The translations under genes and the position numbers were made by a program. From assembly GCA_963772835.1 (NCBI GenBank), contig CAVYYZ010000009.1:96001-160000 (forward strand): a stretch of 64,000 nucleotides of DNA, read 5' to 3'. This document shows positions 34,093 through 44,298 of this stretch, one piece after another. Below the pieces are notes generated by a model that saw only the letters and a list, made by a program, of their open reading frames with translations, had not been told where the DNA came from and searched no databases. The DNA comes from an uncultured delta proteobacterium (lineage in GTDB: Bacteria; Desulfobacterota; Desulfuromonadia; Geobacterales; Pseudopelobacteraceae). How positions within the stretch are numbered: position 1 is the stretch's first letter; every line of letters begins with the position of its first letter.

Positions 34093-35379
34093 TTAATGGA
34101 ACATTTTGTACTGCATTATGTAGACAGCAATTCCGCAAAAGTATCCTACCAGCGCCAGTCCGCTTATCCGCTTGACGTACCAGAAGAAATGAATCTTCTC
34201 CAGCCCCATAGCCGCCACTCCGGCAGCGGATCCAATAATCAGAATCGAGCCGCCAGTTCCTGCACAATACGCCATAAACTCCCACAGGAAACTGTCGGGC
34301 GGATATTGAGTCATACTGTACATCCCCATGGAAGCGGCCACCAGCGGCACGTTGTCGACGATGGCGCTGACCATGCCGATTATGGTGACGATTACATCTT
34401 CCCGCCCCACGGTCTTTGTGAGCCAGCCCGCAAGATTAGTGAGTATATGGGTATGTTCAAGGGTTGCCACCGCCAGCAGAATACCGATGAAGAACACGAT
34501 CGAGCTCATATCGATCTGTTTGAGGGCACGCACCAGAGTCAGATGCTCCTTGTGCTCATCCAGTTTCTTGGAGTGCAGCAGTTCTCCAACCAGCCAGAGA
34601 ATCCCGAGGCCGAAAAGAATTCCCATAAACGGGGGGAGATGAGTGACGGTCTTGAAGATCGGTACGCAGATCAGGATGCCGATCCCCATGCGGAACATCA
34701 ACCTCTGTTCAAATGGAGTGGTTTTGTACTGATGACCGCTCGAAACCGTTTTTTTCGGGCTGACTACCTCGCGCCCCTTCAGCATCCAGCTTACAACCAG
34801 CAACGGTACAATCAGATTAACCATCGAAGCCAGGAACACCCCTTCCATAATTGCCAGAGTGGTAATCTGACCGCCAATCCAGAGCATGGTGGTGGTCACG
34901 TCACCGATTGGACTCCAGGCGCCTCCGGCATTGGCAGCGATAACGATCATTCCGGCAAAGAAGAGGCGATCGTCATGTTTGTCCAGCAGTTTCTTCATCA
35001 ATGAGATCATGACAATGGTGGTGGTCAGGTTGTCCAGCACTGCGCTGAGGAAAAAGGTAACAAATCCGACCAGCCACATCAGGGTGGAAAGTTTGGTTGT
35101 ATTAATGCGTGAAGTGATAACCTCAAAACCGTTATGGGCATCCACCACTTCGACAATCGTCATCGCTCCCATCAGAAAGAATACAATCTGGGCGGTCGCC
35201 ATCAACGATTCACCAAGCTGCTCGCTCACCAGATGATGGTCGCCGGTGGACATGGCGTAAACCGTCCAGAGCAGGCCGGCTCCGATCAGAGCTGTTGCCG
35301 ACTTGTTGACCTTGAGCGGATGTTCCAGAGCGATGGCGGCGTAGGCGATGATGAAAATGACGACAATGGCAGTGAGCAT
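34093..35379 (-). CDS. NhaD-family Na+/H+ antiporter / IT-superfamily transporter (duplicate copy 1)
   Basis: SAVLDNLTTTIV, AANAGGAWSPIGDVTTTMLW, SAIVDNVPLV and GGSILIIGSAAGV. Confidence 0.88.
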   Translation of the reverse strand: MLTAIVVIFIIAYAAIALEHPLKVNKSATALIGAGLLWTVYAMSTGDHHLVSEQLGESLMATAQIVFFLMGAMTIVEVVDAHNGFEVITSRINTTKLSTLMWLVGFVTFFLSAVLDNLTTTIVMISLMKKLLDKHDDRLFFAGMIVIAANAGGAWSPIGDVTTTMLWIGGQITTLAIMEGVFLASMVNLIVPLLVVSWMLKGREVVSPKKTVSSGHQYKTTPFEQRLMFRMGIGILICVPIFKTVTHLPPFMGILFGLGILWLVGELLHSKKLDEHKEHLTLVRALKQIDMSSIVFFIGILLAVATLEHTHILTNLAGWLTKTVGREDVIVTIIGMVSAIVDNVPLVAASMGMYSMTQYPPDSFLWEFMAYCAGTGGSILIIGSAAGVAAMGLEKIHFFWYVKRISGLALVGYFCGIAVYIMQYKMFH

Positions 35380-35403
35380 GCTGAATTCTCCCGATGGATA
35401 TGG

Positions 35404-35944
35404 TTACTTTTTTAAATTACGGAATAGTCCCATGTCGCCGATACATCCGGTCGGGGCATCCGGATCGTTCTCATCAACAGGAAGGCTTCTGAAGGCATCG
35501 CCGATGAGCAGACCACCGAATGCGCCGTAGAGTAAATGCTACTCCGCCTGCGGTCATTAATGCATGTATCTCTGTATTTATGCCGACTCCGGTAAAAATG
35601 AGAGCACTGGCACAGCCGACAATCCCAAGAATGACAGCGCCATATATTTTACTACCGATTTTTTGAACCGACCGGGCGGCAACTCCCCAGATAATCATGG
35701 AGTAGACGGCAAAGCCCCCCAGCTCCCAACGGGCGGAGAAACTATCCATAACGCCGGTATATTCCATTGCGGACGGGATAATATTCGATACCAGGCTTAA
35801 GCCGGCAAGCGAACCGAGGATGACCGCTCCAATCGTGCGGAGTTTCGTGGTCATGATGTAGTTCAGGACGGCGGCGTTAAATCTTCGAATCAGTGCGAGG
35901 ATCATGTTTTCTCTGTTCTCCGTTGTGCTGGCGTTTGTGCGCAT
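35404..35944 (-). CDS. Uncharacterised four-TM membrane protein (copy 1), one apparent frameshift near 35535
   Basis: Corrected C-terminus GVALLYGAFGGLLIGDAFRSLPVDENDPDAPTGCIGDMGLFRNLKK is conserved in copy 2. Confidence 0.7.
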
Positions 35945-35972
35945 TGCTTCTCCTTTTTTACCCGTTACAAAT

Positions 35973-36010
35973 AATGATGGCGGCTGCCGATTCTGACAGC
36001 CGCCATCATT
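35973..36010 (-). terminator. Strong hairpin downstream of the symporter gene (copy 1); terminator or mRNA-stabilising stem
   Basis: AATGATGGCGGCTG...CAGCCGCCATCATT, a 14 bp stem that covaries with copy 2. Confidence 0.65.
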
Positions 36011-36044
36011 GTACCTACCTGTTACAACGTGCAGAATTCAATAC

Positions 36045-37787
36045 TCAGTGCTGAGTCGGAGGTATAACCAGCTTGCCGGGGTAGCGCAGGCTGCCGACCA
36101 GGTCCTGGATCTCCTGAGGAGGTTCAGGGGTGAACTTGCCGACCACATACATGGTGATAAAGTTCAGGGCGGCACCGACTGTGCCGATACCCTCCGGTGA
36201 AATGCCGAACCACCAGCCCTTGGCATTATTGACGGACGGGTTGACGAACTTGAAGTAGACGATGTAGGCGGTAACAAACGTGATACCGACAAACATACCG
36301 GCAAGAGCGCCTTCCTTGTTGGCCTTCTTGCTGAAGATACCCATGAGGATGCAGGGGAAGAAGGAGGCTGCCGCCAGGCCGAAAGCAAAGGCAACGACCT
36401 GCGCCACGAAGCCGGGGGGGTAGATGCCGAACAGACCGGCGATACAGACCGCCACGCCTGCTCCTGCACGTGCCCAGACCAGTTCTTCTTTTTCACTCAT
36501 GTCCGGTTTCAACATACCTTTCATCAGGTCATGGGATACTGCGGCGGAGATGACCAGCAGCAGACCGGCAGCGGTGGAGAGGGCGGCAGCAAGACCACCG
36601 GCGCCGACCAGACCGACAACCCAGTTAGGCAGCTTGGCGATTTCAGGGTTGGCAAGAACCATGATGTCGCGGTCAATGAACACTTCGTTGGCACTCTTCG
36701 GATCTTTTTCAGAACCCTTGGCGATCGTCATGATGCCGTCGCCGTTCTTGTCCTTCCAACCGACCAGACCGGTTTTTTCCCAGTTTTTGAACCAGGATGG
36801 TGCATCAACGTATTTGACGTTGTTGATCGATTTTACGAAGTTGGTACGGGCAAAAACTGCGATTGCCGGTGCAGTGGTGTACAGGATGGCGATGCAGATC
36901 AGCGCGTAACCGGCTGAGGAACGGGCATCACGCATCTTCGGTACGGTGAAGAAGCGGATCAGGATGTGCGGAAGACCGGCGGTGCCGATCATCAGCGACA
37001 TGGTGATGAACCAGACGTCGATCCTCGGACGGGCGCCGTTTGTATAGGCCCCGAAGCCGATATCATGCTGGATGCCGTTCAGAACATCAAGCAGGTATTT
37101 GCCCTGTGTACCTGGATCGTTGAGCAGCGCTGCGCCGCCGGCGGTGATGGTTGAACCCATGCCGAGCTGCGGGATAGGGTTACCGGTGAACTGCATCGAG
37201 ATAAATACGGCCGGAACCATGTAGGCACAGATCAGCACGCAATACTGAGCGACCTGTGTATAGGTGATCCCCTTCATGCCGCCCAATGTAGCGTAGAAGA
37301 AAACCAGTGCCATACCGATGATAACACCCAGGTTGATGGAGACCCCCATGAAGCGGGAGAAAACCACACCGACGCCGCGCATCTGACCGGCAACGTAGGT
37401 GAACGATACGAAGATGGCGCAGAGCAGCGACAGTAGACGGATCGACTGGGAGTAATAGCGGTCTGCCATGAACTGCGGGATGGTGAATTTACCATATTTA
37501 CGCAGATACGGGCCAAAAAGCATGGCGAGAAGAACGTAGCCGCCGGTCCATCCCATCAGGTAAAAGGAACCGTCACGTCCCATGAACGAAATCAGACCGG
37601 CCATGGAGATGAAGGAGGCGGCCGACATCCAGTCGGCGCCGGTTGCCATACCGTTCATATAGGCGGGAACGGACTGCTCGGCGGCGTAGAAGTCGCCGGT
37701 TGATTTTGCCCGTGCTGCGTAGGCGATGTAGATATACAGGGCGAAACTGGCGCCAGTGATGATCCAGGTCCAGGTAAGAATACTCAT
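36045..37787 (-). CDS. actP: Sodium:solute symporter, ActP-like cation/acetate symporter (copy 1)
   Basis: [46 protein letters not shown] and [18 protein letters not shown]4212 partner upstream. Substrate is inferred. Confidence 0.82.
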   Translation of the reverse strand: MSILTWTWIITGASFALYIYIAYAARAKSTGDFYAAEQSVPAYMNGMATGADWMSAASFISMAGLISFMGRDGSFYLMGWTGGYVLLAMLFGPYLRKYGKFTIPQFMADRYYSQSIRLLSLLCAIFVSFTYVAGQMRGVGVVFSRFMGVSINLGVIIGMALVFFYATLGGMKGITYTQVAQYCVLICAYMVPAVFISMQFTGNPIPQLGMGSTITAGGAALLNDPGTQGKYLLDVLNGIQHDIGFGAYTNGARPRIDVWFITMSLMIGTAGLPHILIRFFTVPKMRDARSSAGYALICIAILYTTAPAIAVFARTNFVKSINNVKYVDAPSWFKNWEKTGLVGWKDKNGDGIMTIAKGSEKDPKSANEVFIDRDIMVLANPEIAKLPNWVVGLVGAGGLAAALSTAAGLLLVISAAVSHDLMKGMLKPDMSEKEELVWARAGAGVAVCIAGLFGIYPPGFVAQVVAFAFGLAAASFFPCILMGIFSKKANKEGALAGMFVGITFVTAYIVYFKFVNPSVNNAKGWWFGISPEGIGTVGAALNFITMYVVGKFTPEPPQEIQDLVGSLRYPGKLVIPPTQH

Positions 37788-37847
37788 AGTTTGTCACCTC
37801 GTGATTTTAGTAGATACATCGTGTTTCCGGCAGCGCCGGCAGGGTTG

Positions 37848-38114
37848 TTACCCCTCATGTACGTCATACTTGATGTCAAGCTTGTTCATCATGTAGACAT
37901 AGGTCCAGATCAGGATGACAAAGACAACCATTGAACCCTGGTTGGCAAACCAGAAACCGAGCGGGAAACCGCCGATCATGTAGGCATCGAGCTGATCAAC
38001 GATCATGATGCCGCAGAAAAATGAAACGAAAAACCAGATGGCGAGATGAACGATGATGATGGTCAGGTTCTCTTTCCAATACGCCTGTAACTCTTTAGTT
38101 GCATGAACTGACAT
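37848..38114 (-). CDS. DUF4212 small membrane partner of the symporter (copy 1)
   Basis: YWKENL...GFPLGFWFANQGS...KYDVHE; strong SD. Confidence 0.85.
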   Translation of the reverse strand: MSVHATKELQAYWKENLTIIIVHLAIWFFVSFFCGIMIVDQLDAYMIGGFPLGFWFANQGSMVVFVILIWTYVYMMNKLDIKYDVHEG

Positions 38115-38292
38115 AAAACCTCCTCTTGTTTGATGTAAACTTCCTTAACACTGCTTCCGCAAAATTGTGGCATTTACCTCCTTTCTGTGTGGGTGGCTGC
38201 CGGCCGGCCCTGCCCAACTCTGCGGGCGGTTAGTGGTTGATTACGTGCTTCGCCTCGGTTGATAATCATGCTGCAAAGTGACAACGGACGCT

Positions 38293-39054
38293 TTATGCGT
38301 AGGCCCGCGAATAACCGAACTTCAATGAGAGCGCCTCGGCTCCTTCTATCATGCAGGGGATCACCTCTTTTTCCAGCCGTTCCTGCAGCATGCGGAAGGA
38401 TGGTGCCAGCAGTGTCAGGGCACCGATCACCTTGCCGGCATAATCGCGGATGACGACCGCCACCGTGCAGATGCCTTCCCCCAGGCCGTTGAAGTCAACC
38501 GCCACTCCGGTGCGGCGGATTTCATCCAGTTCCTTCTCAAGCTGCTGAAAATCCTTGATGCCTCTTTTTTTACCGGCACGGCCAAAGAGGTCGATTGAAC
38601 TGACCGACTTTATTACCTTGCCGGCAGCGTTGGTAAAAAAAGGAAACCGCTGACCTACGAGGTCAACTGTTTTGATCTGCTGGAGTGAATCAACCATATC
38701 CAGAAACAGCACTTCATCATTGTTGGCAACGGTTAAGTAGACCGCTTCATCCAGCTTGCGCGCCAGTTCAACCATAATCGGATGTGCCATCCTGATCACG
38801 TTGTCGCTCTTAAGAATGTGCTGGGCCATTTCAAAAGCCTGCAGGCCAAGGTTGTACGTACCGGTTATTTTATTGCGCTCGACCAGCCCTTTGTCTTCAA
38901 GCGTGGCAAGCAGACGAAATGCCTTGTTATGACTTAAACCGAGTTTTTTTTCCAAAACAGCAATTGACGGGACTTCAACTCCCCGTGCAAGAACGTCAAG
39001 CAGTTCCATGGCCTTGACAACTGCCTGAACAGAATAAACTCCTTTTTCTCTCAT
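38293..39054 (-). CDS. IclR-family transcriptional regulator (copy 1)
   Basis: SVQAVVKAMELL, HTH NKAFRLLATLE, NAAGK and VIRDYAGKVIGAL. SD GAGGAG before ATG 39054. Confidence 0.9.
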   Translation of the reverse strand: MREKGVYSVQAVVKAMELLDVLARGVEVPSIAVLEKKLGLSHNKAFRLLATLEDKGLVERNKITGTYNLGLQAFEMAQHILKSDNVIRMAHPIMVELARKLDEAVYLTVANNDEVLFLDMVDSLQQIKTVDLVGQRFPFFTNAAGKVIKSVSSIDLFGRAGKKRGIKDFQQLEKELDEIRRTGVAVDFNGLGEGICTVAVVIRDYAGKVIGALTLLAPSFRMLQERLEKEVIPCMIEGAEALSLKFGYSRAYA

Positions 39055-39254
39055 ATAGTGCTCCTCTTTCTTATTTAAATGAGCGAAAGTATCCATTCTT
39101 CACGGCCATATTCATGCTTTTTGCACAAGACGGGCAGAATAACCCCGCGCGTGAAAATCTCGCGAATCCTGGTTAAAAAATGATATACAACTGCCAGCTA
39201 TCGGTTAAAACGGCTGGTGTTCTTTGATACTTACGGTGGTTGACGTACAGGGGT

Positions 39255-39545
39255 TTATACGGAGTGAACTACCGGGGGGGCTCTGCCTTGATGATTTCCC
39301 ACACAACAATCATGCACGGAATTTTTTTGGACGGATGCAAAGAGTGTATGAGTGTAACGGACAATAACCGGCAGCACCGGTTTAATTGACTGATGCACCA
39401 CAGAAATGATGGATTTTCTTGATTCCTGCAAAGGGGATGACTGGGTAGCAGGCTTGTCGAAATTGGGTATTTTTTCCGTCGAAAATGAGACAGGTGCAAT
39501 CACCAGTAGCAATAAGATCACTATATGTGAAAGCATTTTTTTCAT
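39255..39545 (-). CDS. Small leader protein C with signal-like segment and RAPP motif (putative ribosome-arrest peptide)
   Basis: MKKMLSHIVILLLLVIAPVSFS-TEKIPNFD...HQGRAPPVVHSV-stop; homologous to A and B. Confidence 0.72.
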   Translation of the reverse strand: MKKMLSHIVILLLLVIAPVSFSTEKIPNFDKPATQSSPLQESRKSIISVVHQSIKPVLPVIVRYTHTLFASVQKNSVHDCCVGNHQGRAPPVVHSV

Positions 39546-40025
39546 TGCGTGCCCTTAAAAAACTGACTTTCTGATGCAGATAAAAGAACCGTAAACGTCT
39601 TAAAAGCAAATACCATTTGTGTAAATAATAATTTTTATCACATACCGTTTGTGCATTTATGTAACATTATTTTATTTATGTCAATGCATTTTTTTCAGCG
39701 GGCCGGAGTTAATCTGATATTCTCGTTATATTGAATGGTTATATATATCATTGTACACGTTTTTTAAATATCTGATGGTTTTCGTGGGCGGCCATTGAGG
39801 CTGTATACTCATCAACTAAAGTTACATATCATCAAAATAGTGCAAAGCATTTCATTCAATAATAGTATTTTTATTACTTCATAATATGCAGTTTTAGTTT
39901 TTGTGCATTCTGCCGTCAAATCTTCAGCCATATTCAATTCAATTTGTTAGGTAATTCTTCCGGCATCCTGTTCTCTGTCCGAAAAGTTCTGCTTTTAAAA
40001 TGTACCGAACGTTGAAAAAACATAC

Positions 40026-40057
40026 AAAAAAAGCCCGTTAAAGAACGGGCTTTTTTT
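40026..40057 (-). terminator. Rho-independent (bidirectional-type) terminator after NhaD-like copy 2
   Basis: A7-GCCCGTT-AAAG-AACGGGC-T7. Confidence 0.85.
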
Positions 40058-40077
40058 GCTGTAATGAGATATTCGCG

Positions 40078-41361
40078 CTAGTGGAATATTTTGTACTGCA
40101 GTATATAGGCAGCTATACCGCCGAAGTACCCGATCAGTGCCAGCGGAGCGATTTTCTTTGCATACCAGAAGAAATGAATCTTCTCCAGCCCCATGGCCGC
40201 CACTCCGGCAGCGGACCCAATAATCAGAATCGAGCCGCCAGTCCCTGCGCAATACGCCATAAACTCCCACAGGAAACTGTCGGGTGGATACTGGGCCATG
40301 CTGTACATCCCCATCGAAGCCGCAACAAGCGGCACGTTGTCGACGATGGCGCTGACCATCCCGATTATGGTGACGATAACATCCTGGCGACCGACTGTCT
40401 GGTCGAGCCATTTGGCCAACGCTCCCAGAATATGAGTATGCTCCAGAGTTGCTACCGCCAGCAGGATGCCGATGAAGAACACGATAGAGCTCATGTCTAT
40501 CTTCATAAGGGCGTGAGCCAGGGTAAGATGTGCCTTCTCCTCATCTTCTTTTTCCCGATGAATCAGCTCTCCGACCAGCCAGAGTATACCGAGCCCGAAC
40601 AGAATTCCCATGAACGGAGGAAGATGGGTAAATGACTTGAATATCGGTACCGCTATCAGAGTTCCCAGTCCCATACAGAACATCAGATTACGTTCAAAGG
40701 ATGTGGTTTGCAGCAAACCGGAATCTTCGGCCTGGGGCGGAGCAACAACTTCGCGACCCTTGAGCATGAAACTGACAACGACCAGCGGCACGATAAGATT
40801 AATAAGAGAGGGAATGAAAACCCCCTTCATTATTGACAGTGTCGTAATCTGGCCACCGATCCAGAGCATGGTGGTCGTCACGTCGCCGATTGGCGTCCAG
40901 GCACCGCCGGCGTTGGCGGCGACGACGATCATCCCGGCAAAGAAGAGGCGATCGTCATGTTTGTCCAGCAGCTTCTTCATCAACGAGATCATAACGATGG
41001 TAGTGGTCAGGTTGTCCAGCACTGCGCTGAGAAAAAAGGTAACGAAACCGACCAGCCACATCAGGGTGGAGAGCTTTGTTGTCTTGATGCGTGAGGTGAT
41101 GACTTCAAAACCGTTGTGGGCGTCCACCACTTCAACTATCGTCATGGCTCCCATCAGAAAGAATACGATCTGGGCCGTGGAGGCCAGCGATTCGTTCAGT
41201 TGATGCCCCACCAGGGTATGATCGCCGCTCAGCAACGCGTAGACCGTCCAGAGCAGGCCGGCACCAATAAGGGCCGAAGCGGACTTATTGATCTTGATCG
41301 GATGCTCAAGGGCGATGGCGGCATAGGCGATAATGAAAATTATGACGAGAGCGGTAAGCAT
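40078..41361 (-). CDS. NhaD-family Na+/H+ antiporter / IT-superfamily transporter (duplicate copy 2)
   Basis: Close paralog of 34093-35379 with the same motifs. Confidence 0.88.
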   Translation of the reverse strand: MLTALVIIFIIAYAAIALEHPIKINKSASALIGAGLLWTVYALLSGDHTLVGHQLNESLASTAQIVFFLMGAMTIVEVVDAHNGFEVITSRIKTTKLSTLMWLVGFVTFFLSAVLDNLTTTIVMISLMKKLLDKHDDRLFFAGMIVVAANAGGAWTPIGDVTTTMLWIGGQITTLSIMKGVFIPSLINLIVPLVVVSFMLKGREVVAPPQAEDSGLLQTTSFERNLMFCMGLGTLIAVPIFKSFTHLPPFMGILFGLGILWLVGELIHREKEDEEKAHLTLAHALMKIDMSSIVFFIGILLAVATLEHTHILGALAKWLDQTVGRQDVIVTIIGMVSAIVDNVPLVAASMGMYSMAQYPPDSFLWEFMAYCAGTGGSILIIGSAAGVAAMGLEKIHFFWYAKKIAPLALIGYFGGIAAYILQYKIFH

Positions 41362-41397
41362 GGTGACGTCTCCGGATGGGTAGTGTGGATTCTACTG

Positions 41398-41938
41398 CTA
41401 TTTTTTAAAATATCGAAAAATCCCCATGTCGCCGATACATCCGGTCGGGGCATCGGGGTCGTTTTCGTCCACAGGAAGGCTTCTGAAGGCATCGCCTATA
41501 ATCATGCCGCCGACCGCGCCGTAGAGCAGCGCCGCAGCCGCCGCCGGTCATCAGAACATTCATCTCCGTGCTGATGCCGACTCCGGTAAAAATAAGGCCG
41601 CAGGCGAGGCCGACTGAGCCGAGGATAATCGCACCCATTTTCTTGTCACCTGACTTTTGTGCCGACCGGGCTCCAAGCCCCCAGATAATCATGGAGTAGG
41701 CGGCAAAGCCACCCAGCTGCCAGCGGGCGGAAAAGCTGTCCATAGCACCGGTAAATTCCATGGCGGATGGTATGATGGTGGCGGTAAGGCTCAAACCGGC
41801 AAGTGCGCCGAGCAGCGTAGCGCCGATCGTGCGGAGCCTGGCGGTCATTATGAACTTCAGGATGGCTTCGTTAAGCCTGCGGGTCATTCTCAGGATCATG
41901 TTTTCTCTGTTCTCCATTGCGGCTGCCGGTGCGTTCAT
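41398..41938 (-). CDS. Uncharacterised four-TM membrane protein (copy 2), one apparent frameshift near 41540
   Basis: Paralog of 35404-35944; corrected end ...GDAFRSLPVDENDPDAPTGCIGDMGIFRYFKK. Confidence 0.7.
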
Positions 41939-41972
41939 TACATAACTCCTTTTACCCGAATCCTGCAATAAT

Positions 41973-42010
41973 CAAGATGGCGGCTGCCGATTCTGGCAGC
42001 CGCCATCTTG
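41973..42010 (-). terminator. Strong hairpin downstream of the symporter gene (copy 2)
   Basis: CAAGATGGCGGCTGCC...GGCAGCCGCCATCTTG, a 16 bp stem. Confidence 0.65.
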
Positions 42011-42043
42011 TACCTACCTGTTACAACGTGCAGAATTCAATAC

Positions 42044-43789
42044 TCAGTGCTGAGTCGGAGGTGCAACCAGTTTGCCGGGGTAGCGCAGACTGCCGACCAG
42101 ATCCTGAATCTCCTGGGGAGGTTCAGGGGTGAACTTGCCGACAATCCACATGGTGGCAAAGTTCAGTAGTGCACCGACGGTACCGATACCTTCAGGAGAA
42201 ATACCAAACCACCACCCTTTGGCATTATTCACGGCCGGGTTGACAAATTTGAAGTAGCTGATGTAGCCGGCAACAAAGATGATACCGATAACCATACCGG
42301 CGATAGCGCCTTCCTTGTTGGCCTTCTTGTTGAAGATACCCATGAGGATGCAGGGGAAGAAGGAGGCTGCCGCCAGACCGAAGGCAAAGGCAACAACCTG
42401 GGCCACGAAGCCGGGGGGGTAGATGCCGAACAGACCGGCGATGCAAACCGCCACGCCGGCTCCGACACGTGCCCAGATCAGCTCTTCTTTTTCACCCATA
42501 TCCGGTTTCAGAATGCCCTTCATCAGGTCGTGGGAAATAGCGGCGGAGATAACCAGCAGCAGACCGGCAGCGGTGGAGAGGGCGGCAGCCAGACCACCGG
42601 CGCCGACCAGACCGACAACCCAGTTGGGGAGCTTGGCGATTTCAGGGTTGGCCAGAACCATGATGTCCTGGTCAATCTTGACTTCGTTGGCGCTCTTTGG
42701 ATCATCCCATTTACCCTTGGCAATTGTCATGACGCCGTCGCCGTTCTTGTCATCAAATTTAACCAGACCGGTTTTTTCCCAGTTTTTGAACCAGGATGGT
42801 GCATCAACGTATTTGACGTTGTTGATCGATTTGACGAAGTTGGTACGGGCAAAAACTGCGATTGCCGGTGCAGTGGTGTACAGGATGGCGATGCAGATCA
42901 GCGCGTAACCGGCTGAGGAACGGGCATCACGCATCTTCGGTACGGTGAAGAAGCGGATCAGGATGTGCGGCAGACCGGCGGTGCCGATCATCAGCGACAT
43001 GGTGATGAACCAGACGTCGATGCGGGGCCGTGAGCCGTCGGTGTAGTTACCGAAACCGATATCATTCTGGATGCCGTTCAGAACGTCAAGCAGGTATTTG
43101 CCCTGGAGTACCGGGATGGTTGAGCAGTGCTGCACCATCGGCGGTGATGTGTTGAACCCATGCCCAGCTGCGGAATCGGGTTGCCGGTGAACTGCATCGA
43201 GATAAAAACAGCCGGAACCATGTAGGCGACGATCAGAACGCAGTACTGGGAAACCTGTGTGTAGGTGATCCCCTTCATGCCGCCCAGTGTGGCGTAGAAG
43301 AAAACCAGCGCCATACCGATGATAACACCCAGGTTGATGGAGACCCCCATGAAGCGGGAGAAAACCACGCCGACGCCGCGCATCTGACCGGCCACGTAGG
43401 TGAACGATACGAAGATGGCGCAGAGGAGCGAAATCAGACGGATCGACTTGGGAGTAATAGCGGTCAGCCATGAACTGCGGAATGGTGAACTTACCGTATT
43501 TACGTAGGTAAGGACCAAAAAGCATGGCGAGAAGAACGTAGCCGCCGGTCCATCCCATCAGGTAAAAGGAGCCGTCACGTCCCATGAACGAAATCAGACC
43601 GGCCATGGAGATGAAGGAGGCGGCCGACATCCAGTCGGCGCCGGTTGCCATACCGTTCATATAGGCGGGAACAGACTGCTCGGCGGCGTAGAAGTCGCCG
43701 GTTGATTTTGCGCGTGTAGCGTAGGCGATGTAGATATACATGGCGAAACTGGCGCCTGTGATGATCCAGGTCCATACAAGAATACTCAT
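42044..43789 (-). CDS. actP: ActP-like sodium:solute symporter (copy 2); three +1 indels scramble the middle but restore the frame
   Basis: Near-identical to copy 1 and 3 nt longer. The true middle section is mostly in ORF 43078-43518. Extra bases near 43449, 43150 and 43105. Confidence 0.8.
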   Translation of the reverse strand: MSILVWTWIITGASFAMYIYIAYATRAKSTGDFYAAEQSVPAYMNGMATGADWMSAASFISMAGLISFMGRDGSFYLMGWTGGYVLLAMLFGPYLRKYGKFTIPQFMADRYYSQVDPSDFAPLRHLRIVHLRGRSDARRRRGFLPLHGGLHQPGCYHRYGAGFLLRHTGRHEGDHLHTGFPVLRSDRRLHGSGCFYLDAVHRQPDSAAGHGFNTSPPMVQHCSTIPVLQGKYLLDVLNGIQNDIGFGNYTDGSRPRIDVWFITMSLMIGTAGLPHILIRFFTVPKMRDARSSAGYALICIAILYTTAPAIAVFARTNFVKSINNVKYVDAPSWFKNWEKTGLVKFDDKNGDGVMTIAKGKWDDPKSANEVKIDQDIMVLANPEIAKLPNWVVGLVGAGGLAAALSTAAGLLLVISAAISHDLMKGILKPDMGEKEELIWARVGAGVAVCIAGLFGIYPPGFVAQVVAFAFGLAAASFFPCILMGIFNKKANKEGAIAGMVIGIIFVAGYISYFKFVNPAVNNAKGWWFGISPEGIGTVGALLNFATMWIVGKFTPEPPQEIQDLVGSLRYPGKLVAPPTQH

Positions 43790-43849
43790 AGTTTGTCACC
43801 TCGTGATTTTAGTTGGTTAATCGAGTTGCCGGCAGCACCGGCAGGGTTG

Positions 43850-44116
43850 TTACCCCTCATGTACGTCATACTTGATGTCAAGCTGGTTCATCATGTAGAC
43901 ATAGGTCCAGATCAGGATGACAAAGATAACCATTGAGCCCTGATTGGCAAACCAGAAGCCGAGCGGCATGCCCATGAATATGTAAGCATCAAGCTGATCA
44001 ACGATCATGATGCCGCAGAAAAATGAAACGAAAAACCAGATGGCGAGATGAACGATGATGATGGTCAGATTCTCTTTCCAATACGCCTGTAACTCTTTAG
44101 TTGCATGAACTGACAT
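43850..44116 (-). CDS. DUF4212 small membrane partner (copy 2)
   Basis: Near-identical to 37848-38114. Confidence 0.85.
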   Translation of the reverse strand: MSVHATKELQAYWKENLTIIIVHLAIWFFVSFFCGIMIVDQLDAYIFMGMPLGFWFANQGSMVIFVILIWTYVYMMNQLDIKYDVHEG

Positions 44117-44298
44117 AAAACCTCCTCTTGTTTGATGTAAACTTCCTTAACACTGTTTCCCGCAGATTTTGGCATTTTCCTCCTTTCCGTGTGGGTGGCT
44201 GCCGGCCATCCTCTGCCCGAATCGCGGGCTGTTAGTGGTTAGACTCTAAACTTCGCCTCGATTGATAAAACCTGCTGCAAACAAACTGTTTAACTCTT

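Noticed and set aside
39172..39192. TGATATACAA on the plus strand, the same extended -10 as the leader A/B promoters, pointing antisense into leader C
   Set aside because: No matching -35, and not conserved in the duplicate copy; may be chance.
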